The notes: a model not told the origin generated them from the letters alone. A DNA stretch of 64,000 nucleotides from Candidatus Binatia bacterium (GCA_963664015.2 CAXXLF010000001.1:320001-384000), one strand, 5' to 3'. Counted from the first letter of the stretch, positions 1-10,126 are shown. Made by a program: numbers and translations.

Positions 1-329
1 ACCGTCTTCTCGGCCATGCTTAGCGAAATACACATAGGGGCATGGGAGTGAACCGCCGCGTTAATATCCGGCCTGGCTTTGAACATCTCACTGTAAATGG
101 CCGCTTCCATGGGGACAGTTCCAACGCCGGAAAGCTTGTTCAAAGAATAGTCGAAACGAACAACCCAGTCCCTGACTCCAGGCTCCTCAGGAGGCCGGAA
201 TACCTTAACGGCAATCGTCTCACTGTCGGGCAGACGGGTCCCCACATGACCCCAGATATCGCCCATTTCCCACTCCAAGATGGATGATGCGATTCGCAGC
301 TCCTCTTCCAGTACATCAATGTCAGCCAT
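1..329 (-). CDS. Class II aldolase/adducin family protein (N-terminal part; runs off the window)
   Basis: Not in the ORF track. Hand translation from the ATG at 329 (GGAGG upstream) gives MADIDVLEEELRIASSILEWEMGDIWGHVGTRLP...PMEAAIYSEMFKARPDINAAVHSHAP, with the family GH.S/G.R and RPD..AV.HSH motifs. Confidence 0.8.
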   Translation of the reverse strand, partial: MADIDVLEEELRIASSILEWEMGDIWGHVGTRLPDSETIAVKVFRPPEEPGVRDWVVRFDYSLNKLSGVGTVPMEAAIYSEMFKARPDINAAVHSHAPMCISLSMAEKT

Positions 330-408
330 AGATCCTCCCTGCTAATATTCCTGTAAAGCACCCTTATCTAGGCGCTCGCCGTTGTAAACTCAAAGTGCAT
401 ATGAAAAG

Positions 409-837
409 TTACGACGATCGGTTAAGTCCAACTCGGAAACCCAAAATCCGGGCGATGACGGCCACCACCACAACCATCAGCAACAGTACGACACCGACCA
501 CTGAGCTCGGTCCGGGTACTCCTCCTAGGATGTATTCCAACTGCAGCAGGGCTAAGGGCTTGCTGTCCACCGATGCCAGCAGTGCCGGCATGATTGCACC
601 GGACGCGGTGAACACGAAGTTCAGCACCCATACAACCAGGAGTGTGGGCGCCATTAGGGGGAGCACGATCTTCCAAAAGGTCCTTCCCCAATGAGCGCCG
701 CACATCTCTGAGGATTCTTCCAGTTCAGTCCCCAACTGCATAATATTTGCCTTAAGAATCTGTACGCTTAGGGTCATACCGCTGATACCGGATACCAGGA
801 TCAGGACCCAGATGGTACCGAACAATGGATTCAACAA
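409..837 (-). pseudogene. C-terminal fragment of an iron/polyamine-type ABC transporter permease
   Basis: EAA-loop-like ELEESSEMCGA...RTFWKIVLPL plus transmembrane helices. Only 142 aa, with an in-frame stop just upstream and no RBS. Confidence 0.7.
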
Positions 838-839
838 GG

Positions 840-874
840 GAGCGGATCATCACGCTATTTGGGCGGATCCGCTC
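840..874. terminator. Inverted repeat GAGCGGATC...GATCCGCTC just downstream of the gene ending at 881
   Basis: Perfect 9-bp stem seen in the sequence. It has no clear U-tract and lies at the permease truncation point. Confidence 0.35.
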
Positions 875-880
875 TTACGG

Positions 881-1843
881 TCAAGTCTCAAGGGTGCCCG
901 CCGCAAAAAACTCTTCCACGTTCATCTTCCTACTCGTAATACCCTGCTCGGCATTGTAGGCCAGGTAGGTATCGATCATCCTCTTGTTCGCCTTGATCCC
1001 ATACTTCCACGGGTCGCCCCACTGCTTGATCTGATCTTCCAAGCGCTCCTGCAGATAGACCACCGAGAACCCGGCCCGGTCGTTTAGGATATCCTCGTAG
1101 GCCAGGCGCTTTGCCTCCTCAAAGGCCGTAAAGAGCTTGCCGGCAAGCTCCGGGTTGGCACGGTCCAGCTTTTTACTCATGACGATCTGGTGCATGGTCG
1201 TGTAGATACCGGTCTCCCGGTAGAGCCGCATATCTTCGTCAAAGTAGTTCGGAAAAACGCGCTTGACCGACGGGTCTTGCTCCAAAGTCCGGAAGGCCTT
1301 ACCATCGGAGATGTCGGTGATGATAGCATCGACTCCGCCGTCAAGGAGGCGTTGGATCGGACTCTTTTTAGAATCCTCCGCCGGATCAACCCTGGGGTCA
1401 CTCTTCTGGAGAGGAAAAACCCTCCGTGGGCTGGATGTGATCCAACGGAGCTTTGAGATATCCACCCCATGCCGGTGCTGGAGAAAACCCTGGAGCCATA
1501 TGGTAATGCCCGTCGGATAGGAACTGCTGCCGATACGCTTGCCTTCAAGGTCCCGGGGGGAATCAATTCCGGCATCCGTGCGGCAAAAGAGATAGGTATA
1601 AACGGGCTTTCGCTTTGAAAAGACCGGTAACCCGACAATTTCCCAACCGGCTTCGATGGCCGGAAGCACATAACCCATGTTCAGGTCCCATAATCCAAAA
1701 TCTCCCTCCCGTAGTTCCGGTACATCATTGAAGACCATGGAGTTGGTGCGTACCGGCTTTAACTCCACACCATCAATCTTCACCCGCCCCTCGAGGAGGG
1801 GCATAGTGTGATCGTAGCGCATGATGGGAAACGAAAGATCCAT
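881..1843 (-). CDS. 4,5-dihydroxyphthalate decarboxylase-like / periplasmic-binding-fold protein (paralog 1)
   Basis: YDHTMPLLEGRVKIDGVEL, LPVF, DLEGKRIG, H.IVM and GDPWKYGIKAN motifs. AAGGGG RBS precedes the ATG at 1843. The ORF extends in frame to 2044. Confidence 0.75.
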   Translation of the reverse strand: MDLSFPIMRYDHTMPLLEGRVKIDGVELKPVRTNSMVFNDVPELREGDFGLWDLNMGYVLPAIEAGWEIVGLPVFSKRKPVYTYLFCRTDAGIDSPRDLEGKRIGSSSYPTGITIWLQGFLQHRHGVDISKLRWITSSPRRVFPLQKSDPRVDPAEDSKKSPIQRLLDGGVDAIITDISDGKAFRTLEQDPSVKRVFPNYFDEDMRLYRETGIYTTMHQIVMSKKLDRANPELAGKLFTAFEEAKRLAYEDILNDRAGFSVVYLQERLEDQIKQWGDPWKYGIKANKRMIDTYLAYNAEQGITSRKMNVEEFFAAGTLET

Positions 1844-2044
1844 CGGATTCCCCTTTAATGAAGCTGGAGGAGAATTATCACCCTTAAAAATTTCAGTCAA
1901 TGCGATACTCGTTAAGTGCGGGATAGTCGCCCCCTGCCGGCACCATCGAAAAATCGTCCCACGATGGACCCCCAACAAGAGGCCCAGCTTCTCATACGAT
2001 AACGCCTTAGCCCTCCGAATACTGTCCAGTTCTTTTCCGTCCAC
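1844..2044 (-). CDS. XRE/Cro-like helix-turn-helix segment, in frame with the downstream gene
   Basis: ELDSIRRAKALSYEKLGLLLGVHRGTIFRW is HTH-like. AAGGAGG RBS precedes the GTG at 2044, and there is no stop before 1843. Confidence 0.65.
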
Positions 2045-2325
2045 AGTCCGCCCTCCTTATGCTGCAAGGTTGATCACATTAATCATGCATTCACTTATAA
2101 GCGAACTCCTCTGGTGTTGTCAGAGGGTACTGCGCGCGGAGAATGTTGTAAATTGAACTTCCCTGTTGAGTTTTGGAATATAAATCAGGAAAAAGATGAC
2201 TCGCCCTGTGGAATATAGGCCCGACCGAGGTCGGGTTGTTCTTCCGAAGCGCTATTCCACTTCGGCGAGCTTCGGGAAAATGTTTTTTCTCTCTGCGAAC
2301 TTGGTATCTTGGCGCGAACAACTTT

Positions 2326-2357
2326 CCGATCTCCGACCTCCGTTCTCTGACCTCTGG
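2326..2357. repeat. Degenerate heptamer tandem (CYGACCT type)
   Basis: ccgatct ccgacct ccgttct ctgacct ctgg, directly downstream of the stop at 2374. Confidence 0.75.
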
Positions 2358-2373
2358 GTTAGGAGATCAAGGC

Positions 2374-3603
2374 CTAACGAGGGCCCTCCTTGGTCAGATA
2401 GGGCCAATGATCTCGCCAGCTCTCTTCTACCGGGAAAACGGCCTGAATGCTGTCGATGTAGGTCATGTCGTTCTTGGCAGGGTCCGTGATGATATGGGGG
2501 GGCTCCTCGCCCTTCTGAAAGGCCCTCACCGTACGCAGGAGATAGTTACGGGTCGCGATTATCGCCTTATCACTCACCCCGAGATGCTCCTGAGTGCGAT
2601 CGTAGATACCTGTGTAAGACATGGTTTCCGTCGCGCAGGCATCTTGAGCCATGATCTCTTTGATACCAGTGAAATTTTTGGTCCGCATCATTTCCGCATC
2701 CTGGAGGTAGTCGTTGGCGAGATTGGGGATCTTCCGATAGTCGGGACCGATGGAGGAACGACGGTGCACGTCCTCTGGTTCTACGGGCCGGGTGAGGTAC
2801 CCCAGATCGTATCGCCAGGTGCACGTGTCGTTGATCGGTACATACATGTGGATCTCCCGGTTGAAGACAGGGACCCAGACCTCCACGGGCATGACGAAGC
2901 TGGAGACCCGCACGTAATGCTGTGACGGGTCTGGCTGTTTCCTGGTCGCGATCATGCGCAGACCGAAATCCGTCTCATCGGTCTCGTATTCGGCTGCCAG
3001 TTCCTGCAGGACGGGCATCCCCTTACCAAACTTTTGGCCGCCATGATGCATGATGGCGACGTGAACCGAGTCACACTCACCCTCTAAACCCTGAAGCCAA
3101 TTGCACTCCAGTAGGACCTTGGTCACGTAAACGTTTTCTTTGGGAGCCTGGGTAAACCTATAATTGGGGAATAGGGGAATCTTCGACGGGGGACCCAGAT
3201 AGGCCCAAATAATGCCTGCCGTCTCATGTGTCGGGTAGGACGGATGTTTGATCTTTTCCTTAACGACGCTACGGGCCGGCTCTCCCGGCGTGTCGACCAC
3301 ATTCCCACCCACGTCGTACTTCCAGCCATGATAAATACAGGCCAGGCCACCCTCTTCATTTCGACCATAAAACAGTGACGTGCCACGATGTGAGCAGTGT
3401 TCGCCAAGCAACCCCACACGGCCCTGGCTATCCCGGAATGCGATTAATTCTTCACCCAAGATTCGTACCCGTACGGGGCGACCATCCGGTTCGGGAACCT
3501 CCTCCGAGAGCAAAGCGGGCAGCCAGTAGCGCCGCATCAGTTGACCCAGCACGGCACCGTTGTCGGTCCTTGTTAAAAGATCGTTCTCTTCTTTGCCAAG
3601 CAT
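2374..3603 (-). CDS. Rieske non-heme iron oxygenase, phthalate 4,5-dioxygenase/LigX-like
   Basis: Rieske CSHRG...CIYHGW, mononuclear-iron NWLQGLEGECDSVHVAIMH and the C-terminal QD...TE.M motif. GGAGG RBS. Confidence 0.9.
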   Translation of the reverse strand: MLGKEENDLLTRTDNGAVLGQLMRRYWLPALLSEEVPEPDGRPVRVRILGEELIAFRDSQGRVGLLGEHCSHRGTSLFYGRNEEGGLACIYHGWKYDVGGNVVDTPGEPARSVVKEKIKHPSYPTHETAGIIWAYLGPPSKIPLFPNYRFTQAPKENVYVTKVLLECNWLQGLEGECDSVHVAIMHHGGQKFGKGMPVLQELAAEYETDETDFGLRMIATRKQPDPSQHYVRVSSFVMPVEVWVPVFNREIHMYVPINDTCTWRYDLGYLTRPVEPEDVHRRSSIGPDYRKIPNLANDYLQDAEMMRTKNFTGIKEIMAQDACATETMSYTGIYDRTQEHLGVSDKAIIATRNYLLRTVRAFQKGEEPPHIITDPAKNDMTYIDSIQAVFPVEESWRDHWPYLTKEGPR

Positions 3604-3702
3604 TTACGTCCTCCTACCCGCTTACATCTCTACCGGTTCTTGAAAAACGCTCAACAGCAGGAACACTCTCATTAAAACGTAACTTGTCCAACTGCGTCCG
3701 CT

Positions 3703-4728
3703 TTAGGTTTCCCAGGTGCTGGGATGAAATAAATCCTCTACGCGAGACTGCCCCTGAGTCAATCCCTGCTTCTCTGAACTCCGAAAAAACGTTTCCAGCA
3801 TTCTACGATTGGCCTTCAGCCCCAGTGGATAGGGATCCTCCCCGAAGACCTCGGTTTGCCTCTGGAGATCATCGTCTAGGAAGAGCATATAACCAGCACC
3901 CTGTTGCCTCGCCCTCTCAAACGCAACCTCTTTGCTTTTTTGAAACGCCTTAAATAACTCCTGGGCAACCCAGGGATCTTTTTCCAATACCTTGTTTTTA
4001 ACGATAACCATATGGTTCACAGGGACAACACCCGTCTTGCGGTAATAATCCGTGATGACCTGACGGCCGAAATCCTTAAAAAGCTTGCGGATTCTCGGGT
4101 TGTCCTCGATGGCCGTACCCCCATGACGATCAATCGATTTCGCAACCCCAGGGTTGTGGCGTGCGATGATTCCGTAGGCAGCATCGATCTCTCCCTTATC
4201 CAACATAACATCCAGAGATTTGTCCTCGGTAAGCCAGTTGATGACAATACCATCGGGCGGGGATTCGGTCAGGCCCAACTCACCGCCGTGACTGCGATCA
4301 GCCGTTCGCCCGTTGAACCAAGTGATATCCTTGGCAGTGATTCCGTACAGCTCATCCAAGACGGCTCTCATCCAGACCGCAGCGGTCATGGAATAATCGG
4401 GAATACCAATCTTCTTTCCCGCAAAATCTCTGAGCTCCTGGATCTTTGCCCCCGTATTCGTGTACAACGTCAGCCAAACAAAGGCCTTTGAAAGAAAGAC
4501 AGGGAGACCGCTCCACTGCCACCGGGTTCCGTCTCCTCTCTCCTTGGTCATGGAAAACCCGGAGATCGACATCTCAGACACATCGAAGGCTTCGTCTTTG
4601 AAGTTCAGGTAAAAGAGATCTCCCGGGTTAATTAAGGAGAACTCCAACTCGATACCCTCGGGCTTGACGGTTCCATCGAGCAGAGGTTCGATACGAGGGT
4701 TCCTGGAAAAACCAATGGTGAGTTTCAT
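3703..4728 (-). CDS. 4,5-dihydroxyphthalate decarboxylase-like protein (paralog 2)
   Basis: PLLDGTVKPEGIEL, FDVSEMSIS, LPVFLS, GIPDYSMTAAVWMR and DPYPLGLKANR motifs. Confidence 0.8.
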   Translation of the reverse strand: MKLTIGFSRNPRIEPLLDGTVKPEGIELEFSLINPGDLFYLNFKDEAFDVSEMSISGFSMTKERGDGTRWQWSGLPVFLSKAFVWLTLYTNTGAKIQELRDFAGKKIGIPDYSMTAAVWMRAVLDELYGITAKDITWFNGRTADRSHGGELGLTESPPDGIVINWLTEDKSLDVMLDKGEIDAAYGIIARHNPGVAKSIDRHGGTAIEDNPRIRKLFKDFGRQVITDYYRKTGVVPVNHMVIVKNKVLEKDPWVAQELFKAFQKSKEVAFERARQQGAGYMLFLDDDLQRQTEVFGEDPYPLGLKANRRMLETFFRSSEKQGLTQGQSRVEDLFHPSTWET

Positions 4729-4805
4729 AGTGTCTCCCTATTAATAGAATTCGTAGGGGTGCGCTGACCTAGAATTTGTTTGGTCGGTGCATTCTTGCGC
4801 AGGAC

Positions 4806-4834
4806 AATATCCAAATAATCGGCACTTATGTCAA
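4806..4834 (-). promoter_or_regulatory. Candidate sigma70 promoter for the gene starting at 4728
   Basis: Minus strand reads TTGACA-17 nt-GATATT. Confidence 0.4.
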
Positions 4835-4867
4835 CCTAGGGCACGCGATGAAGCAAAACAATCATAA

Positions 4868-5026
4868 ACGAGGTATGTGATCACGTTCACCGATGTATAC
4901 TCCCGGTTCTCATTTGCCTGGGCGACTCACAGTCATGGTTCTGAGGCAGCCCGGGAAGTCTACAAAGTGGTCAGTGAGGTCTTCCCCTTTCCGCTTGAGT
5001 ATGTGCTCACCGATAATGGCTCTGAC
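4868..5026 (+). mobile_element. IS transposase remnant (rve integrase core, IS481/IS3-like)
   Basis: Not in the ORF track. Hand translation gives TRYVITFTDVYSRFSFAWATHSHGSEAAREVYKVVSEVFPFPLEYVLTDNGS, with the D..SR and TDNG(S) integrase motifs. Confidence 0.75.
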
Positions 5027-5053
5027 CCTCTACCGAATAGATAGCTAGCCCGA

Positions 5054-5494
5054 ATGGCGGGAACCGGCCATCAATTCGCCGCACGGGTAGGCATCGACGC
5101 GGTGGCGTTTCGCATCGGCAGCATCTACGGCCCTTACTACTACAGCATGTTCAACCCCATGAGCCGGATGTGCAAGGCCGCGCTAAAGGGCGATGACCCC
5201 GACTTCTCTGATCGCCCCGGTGGCTCCATAAGAGAGGACGATGATGGTGATTGGACGTACGTCGTGGACCTAGCACGCGGCATCCAGTTATTGCACACCT
5301 CAGAGAAGCTTCCCAACAACATTTACAATATCGACTCGAGCAAGGCGACTTCGACAAAGCGTATATTCGAAGCGGTACGGATGGCGATTCCAGGAGCGAG
5401 TTGCTCCGCGCTCAAGGCTGGACGAAGCGGGACCCTACCCGCCAATCCTGTGATGGACCTAAGCCGGATCAGGAAGGACGTAGGATACGAGCCC
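5054..5494 (+). pseudogene. C-terminal fragment of an NAD-dependent epimerase/dehydratase
   Basis: FRIGSIYGP, DWTYVVDLARG, IYNI and MDLSRIRKDVGYEP motifs. The Rossmann N-terminus is missing, and the ORF continues as the antisense of the Rieske fragment. Confidence 0.7.
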
Positions 5495-5878
5495 GCTGCG
5501 CTCCGCGATCCTGTGGGCCCTGGCCTTGACCTTGTGTTTGAAGTCCATATCCGGGAGCAGGTTGGCCTGATCAACGCAGTTCCCCTCTACATCAAACTTC
5601 CAACCGTGATAGACACATCTGATCCCGTTCTCCTCGTTCCTCCCAAAAAAGAAGGAGGCCCCTCTGTGCGGACAACGGTGGTCCATAATACCGGTCCGAC
5701 CCGAGGAATCGCGAAATGCGACAAGCTTTTCACCCAAGAGCACCAAGCGCATGGGACCACCATCAACTTTCAGCTTCGAGGACATGGCCGCTGGAATCCA
5801 GTATTGGCGCATTAACTCGCCCATGGGTGTTCCGGGGCCGGCCTGAGTGAGGATCTCGTTATCGCGTATGTTAGTCAT
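5459..5878 (-). pseudogene. Truncated Rieske oxygenase (Rieske domain only), paralog of 2374-3603
   Basis: CPHRG...CVYHGW is present. Similarity to the paralog stops near 5490 and the catalytic domain is absent. Confidence 0.8.
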
Positions 5879-6615
5879 GGCCGTTCCTCCTCTGGCAAAT
5901 CTCCTTGTTGCCGAACACTTCTTCCATAGGAGCGAGGACGTGTCAAAGTCATGAGAAATTTGTCAAACTCCTTATCGTTCCTAAATTTTTTCAAGTCGTA
6001 TTTCTCGTAGTGAAGCATTCCCTCCATTTCTCTTCGGGGCGGGGCCGCCACGGGCGTAGATGGATAACCGATGGGGATTAGGTGATAGACCCTCAAGGGG
6101 TCAGGGATGCCCAAAAGCACCTTGAGCATGGTCGCCATATACGGGAAGCTCGCATCGCTGACGTACTGAGAACCCAGACCCAAACTGACAGCAGCCAGGT
6201 GAAGGAGAAGGGATGCATTCGCCAGTCCGGTATAAAAATGGGAATCGGCTTTGTCCTCCCTGTTTCTGACGGGACAAGACTCCTTTACCCTGGGATCACC
6301 GAGAACGATAAGGTGAACCGGTGCACTACGAAAACCGGCGCCGGTCATCTTGATCTACCCTCAAACAGCCATCTCCATTTCCTTTTTCTGCTCGAGCTGT
6401 TTTAAAGAGAGATCTGCGATCTTATTTCTGGTCTCTTCGTCCCGAATCACGATAAACTCCCAGGGTAGCTCGTTGGCCCCCGACGGGGCCCAACGAGCTA
6501 CTTCCAATATCCTTTGAACATACTCTTCGGGTACATCCTTATCCTTCCGGTAACCCCGGATACTTCTTCGCTTCATCGCTAACTCATACAAGTCTTCAAC
6601 GCTCATCATCACCAT
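5875..6615 (-). pseudogene. Nitroreductase family gene interrupted by two in-frame stops
   Basis: RRSIR...ARWAPSGAN..PWEF in the N-half and L.L.A.SLGLGS...IPIGYP in the C-half share one frame, joined by GTT TGA GGG TAG ATC AAG ATG at 6346-6366. Confidence 0.85.
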
Positions 6616-6679
6616 CTCCTTAATAAGGACCTACGTACTAGCCTATCAAATCCTCAACAGAAAGACTCAATAATGTGTA

Positions 6680-6727
6680 TCGCGCCAAGACTTCGTCGTG
6701 AGCTCAGTCGAACGACGCCAAGGGCGC
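6680..6727. repeat. CGCCAAG-type short repeat carrying a 25-nt palindromic insertion
   Basis: cgcgccaa[gacttcgtcgtgagctcagtcgaac]gacgccaagg. The same insert occurs inverted and interrupted at 26224-26323. Confidence 0.7.
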
Positions 6728-6735
6728 TCAGTACT

Positions 6736-7012
6736 TTGAGTTCATAGAATTTTTAGCGTTTATTGAGTTAGTGAGTTCGTTGCATTTGTTGAGCGTATTA
6801 GTCTGATCGCTACTATCTGGTTTGCGCTACTTGCTATTTGCTATTCACCATTTCTTCGGCGAAATCCGCCGAAGCACCCTCCTTCGCTCGTTGAGCTTCG
6901 GAGGGTCGGACCGTCGCATTCGATCATGGGCTTACGCCCATGGTCTTCTGCGAAGGCGGATAACTATCGATCTCTTCCTGACCTCTGATATCTGACTTCC
7001 GACCTCTGGCTT
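6736..7012. repeat. Composite intergenic array: 9-mer block, TYRCYAT heptamers, REP-like hairpins, CYGACCT heptamers
   Basis: ttgagtt-like 9-mers at ~6736-6805, ttgctat ttgctat tcaccat at ~6830-6852, nested hairpins at 6854-6961, and ctgacct ctgatat ctgactt ccgacct ctggctt at 6978-7012. Confidence 0.75.
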
Positions 7013-7020
7013 TCCAGACA

Positions 7021-7992
7021 TTAGAGGGTAAGGCTCTCAGGAAAGAAGATATTTTCCAAAACCGGTTTTTTGTCGAGGAGCTGTTGCTGCAACTGGTATT
7101 CGATTAGTGTTTCCATGGATTTTCTCGCGCAATCGTCCAGCCGGTAGGAAAAGGGATCCTCGCCAATCACTTCCCGATACCATTGGGCCTCCCTTTTCTG
7201 CCCGTCCTTCATATATTTCTCCTCCAGGGCCCTGGCCTGTCGAAAGGCCTTCAAGAGGCTGCCCACAACCCAGGGGTTCTCATCCACCACCTCTTCCCGT
7301 AAGGCTACACTGTGAATAATCGGGATCACTTGGGCCTTGCGAAAGTAAGCGGCCTCTTCCTGGAGGTGATCCGGGAACAGGCGCCGCAGCCTGAGATACT
7401 CGGCCAGGCTAGGATAGGGTTCCAACGCCGCGTCAATCTTTTCTTCCTCCACCAGTTCGATGGCATGTTCCCGGGTCCTCGGTGGGGCAATGAACTGGAC
7501 ACGGACCCCCTCGGGTTTGGGACGGCGTCCCTCCTCGCCCACGTCCGGTTCCGCCACATACCAGTCCATCTCACTGGGATGCACACCGTACTCGTTTTGG
7601 ATCAACCCACGCACCCACACGGAGGTAGTCGCGTTGTAGCGATGTACGGTAACCTTTTTCCCCCCAAGATCACTGGGACTCTCCATGGTCGACGTAGCAG
7701 GGCAAAGAATACACCTATGGCGGAATCCACGGCTAAGAAACACGGGTAATATCTTCATTGGTATCGAGCGGTTCCGCGCTAAAATAAAAGAAGACGTAGA
7801 GCATTCCCCGCCCGGAATCTTGCCTTCAAGGATCCAACGGTGGCGCGCGCCGGTATTATCGTATCCCTCGGAAAACTGACTTCGACACGTCAAGTTGATC
7901 CCCTCCGGTTGGACGGTACCGTCGAACAAGGCCATGGTACGCGGGTTTGCCGACAGGCCCAGTGTAAGACTCAAGGGCTTTGCCATTAACAT
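7021..7992 (-). CDS. 4,5-dihydroxyphthalate decarboxylase-like protein (paralog 3)
   Basis: ALFDGTVQPEGINL, LPVFLSRGFRH, DLGGKKV, VWVRG and GEDPF motifs. Confidence 0.8.
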   Translation of the reverse strand: MLMAKPLSLTLGLSANPRTMALFDGTVQPEGINLTCRSQFSEGYDNTGARHRWILEGKIPGGECSTSSFILARNRSIPMKILPVFLSRGFRHRCILCPATSTMESPSDLGGKKVTVHRYNATTSVWVRGLIQNEYGVHPSEMDWYVAEPDVGEEGRRPKPEGVRVQFIAPPRTREHAIELVEEEKIDAALEPYPSLAEYLRLRRLFPDHLQEEAAYFRKAQVIPIIHSVALREEVVDENPWVVGSLLKAFRQARALEEKYMKDGQKREAQWYREVIGEDPFSYRLDDCARKSMETLIEYQLQQQLLDKKPVLENIFFPESLTL

Positions 7993-8179
7993 CCCTCCCT
8001 CGTCATTAAGCTTCCTCCCGGACGGCTGATTCGTCAGAACCCGTGGCTCAAGCCGATAGGAACGTTGTTCGACAGTCTAGGAAAGTGCCCCTGACAAATC
8101 AATATCCCACGGCCCCATATCTGTATGTTCAAGTGTCCCTTAAATGTTTGCACTCTGCCGGGTTCTGGATTAATCTTGA

Positions 8180-9043
<864 letters not shown>

Positions 9044-9055
9044 TCGTTCGAACCC

Positions 9056-9523
9056 ATGCTCATTTCCTGGCTCCACCTCTTAGCTTTGGCAGTCTTCCTT
9101 GGAGCCGTCTTGGGATTGTGGATTCTTGTCTTGTCTCCCCTATCGACGATCTCATCCTATAACGACAGGCTGGTATTCTTGATTAAAAGCCTGAAGGTCT
9201 ACAACCCATTACAAATCGGTGCCCTGGGGGTATTGCTTATGACGGGGGCGTTCCAAATCACCGAACTGAAGCAGAGCTACGGTGCAGGGTTCGCCAATGC
9301 CTTAGGCGCAGTTCTCGAACTCAAATTAGCCTTGGCCTTTGTTGTTATCATCACGAGCACATACCAATCCATGGGACTGGCCCATCGTTTCGTACGACAG
9401 ACCGAACAGCCGGACCCCATTTCTGAACAAAACTTCAACTCGACGATTCGACGGCTTAGAGTTTCTTCAATTATAATTATCGTTCTCACCCTTGTGACTG
9501 TTTTGGTTGGTATTAGAATCTGA
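9056..9523 (+). CDS. Four-TM membrane protein, CopD/DUF4149-like
   Basis: WLHLLALAVFLG, LLMTG and LELKLAL motifs with four hydrophobic segments. Confidence 0.6.
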   Translation: MLISWLHLLALAVFLGAVLGLWILVLSPLSTISSYNDRLVFLIKSLKVYNPLQIGALGVLLMTGAFQITELKQSYGAGFANALGAVLELKLALAFVVIITSTYQSMGLAHRFVRQTEQPDPISEQNFNSTIRRLRVSSIIIIVLTLVTVLVGIRI

Positions 9524-9584
9524 GAATGTACGATTCCCATCGTTAACCTATGGAAAAATAAATATATTTGGCTGCTCCTGTATG

Positions 9585-9613
9585 TTGACAATACCAAGTC
9601 TATTTTTTATAAG
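9585..9613 (+). promoter_or_regulatory. Candidate sigma70 promoter
   Basis: TTGACA-17 nt-TATAAG in an AT-rich intergenic region. Confidence 0.55.
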
Positions 9614-9693
9614 GATGCTTCCGGCCGGCAATTAGATTGCTCGGGCTGGCGGTGGAGCTCGTAACACGACGTAAAGAAAAAACAATTCAAGCG

Positions 9694-10050
9694 ATGCCCA
9701 GGACAAAAAAAGCCCATAAGACAGTTCTGACAAGACGAAAAAGCCGTACCACGGATAGCTTCTATCTGGATGATGCCAATGAACAGGATCTTCCGATTGA
9801 CAAGGCTGGACGGCTAAAGATAAAAAGGCATTACGAAGAGTTGCTGGGAATCCGGCTCGAAAAGCTCAAAGGCCGCGTTCTCAATCGAGAAAAGATCAAC
9901 AAGAGCATCGAGGGCATTTACTTCGTCTGCGGCGAATGCAAAAAAGTGTGCCACAACCTCGATGAGGGCTTAATCCAGGATCTAGAGAAACAGCAAAATC
10001 TCTGCAGTGCGTGCGCCAAGGGAAAGGGGATTCGAGGCACCCCGGTATAG
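9694..10050 (+). CDS. Hypothetical basic protein with a Cys-rich putative zinc finger
   Basis: CGECKKVC...CSAC. The start at MPRTKK is inferred. Confidence 0.6.
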   Translation: MPRTKKAHKTVLTRRKSRTTDSFYLDDANEQDLPIDKAGRLKIKRHYEELLGIRLEKLKGRVLNREKINKSIEGIYFVCGECKKVCHNLDEGLIQDLEKQQNLCSACAKGKGIRGTPV

Positions 10051-10126
10051 CTGCCTGCTGAAAAACCCCCATCTGCGTTTAAAAAGTTCTTGCAGCAACC
10101 CGGCGATTTTCGCTATCTTAAATCTC

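Noticed and set aside
2236-2925. 229-aa plus-strand ORF and the many other antisense ORFs over long genes, including those within the PKS
   Set aside because: They are shadow ORFs opposite well-supported genes and carry no recognisable motifs.
5495-5815. C-terminal part of the 253-aa plus-strand ORF 5054-5815
   Set aside because: It is the antisense of the truncated Rieske gene, read through after a deletion junction.
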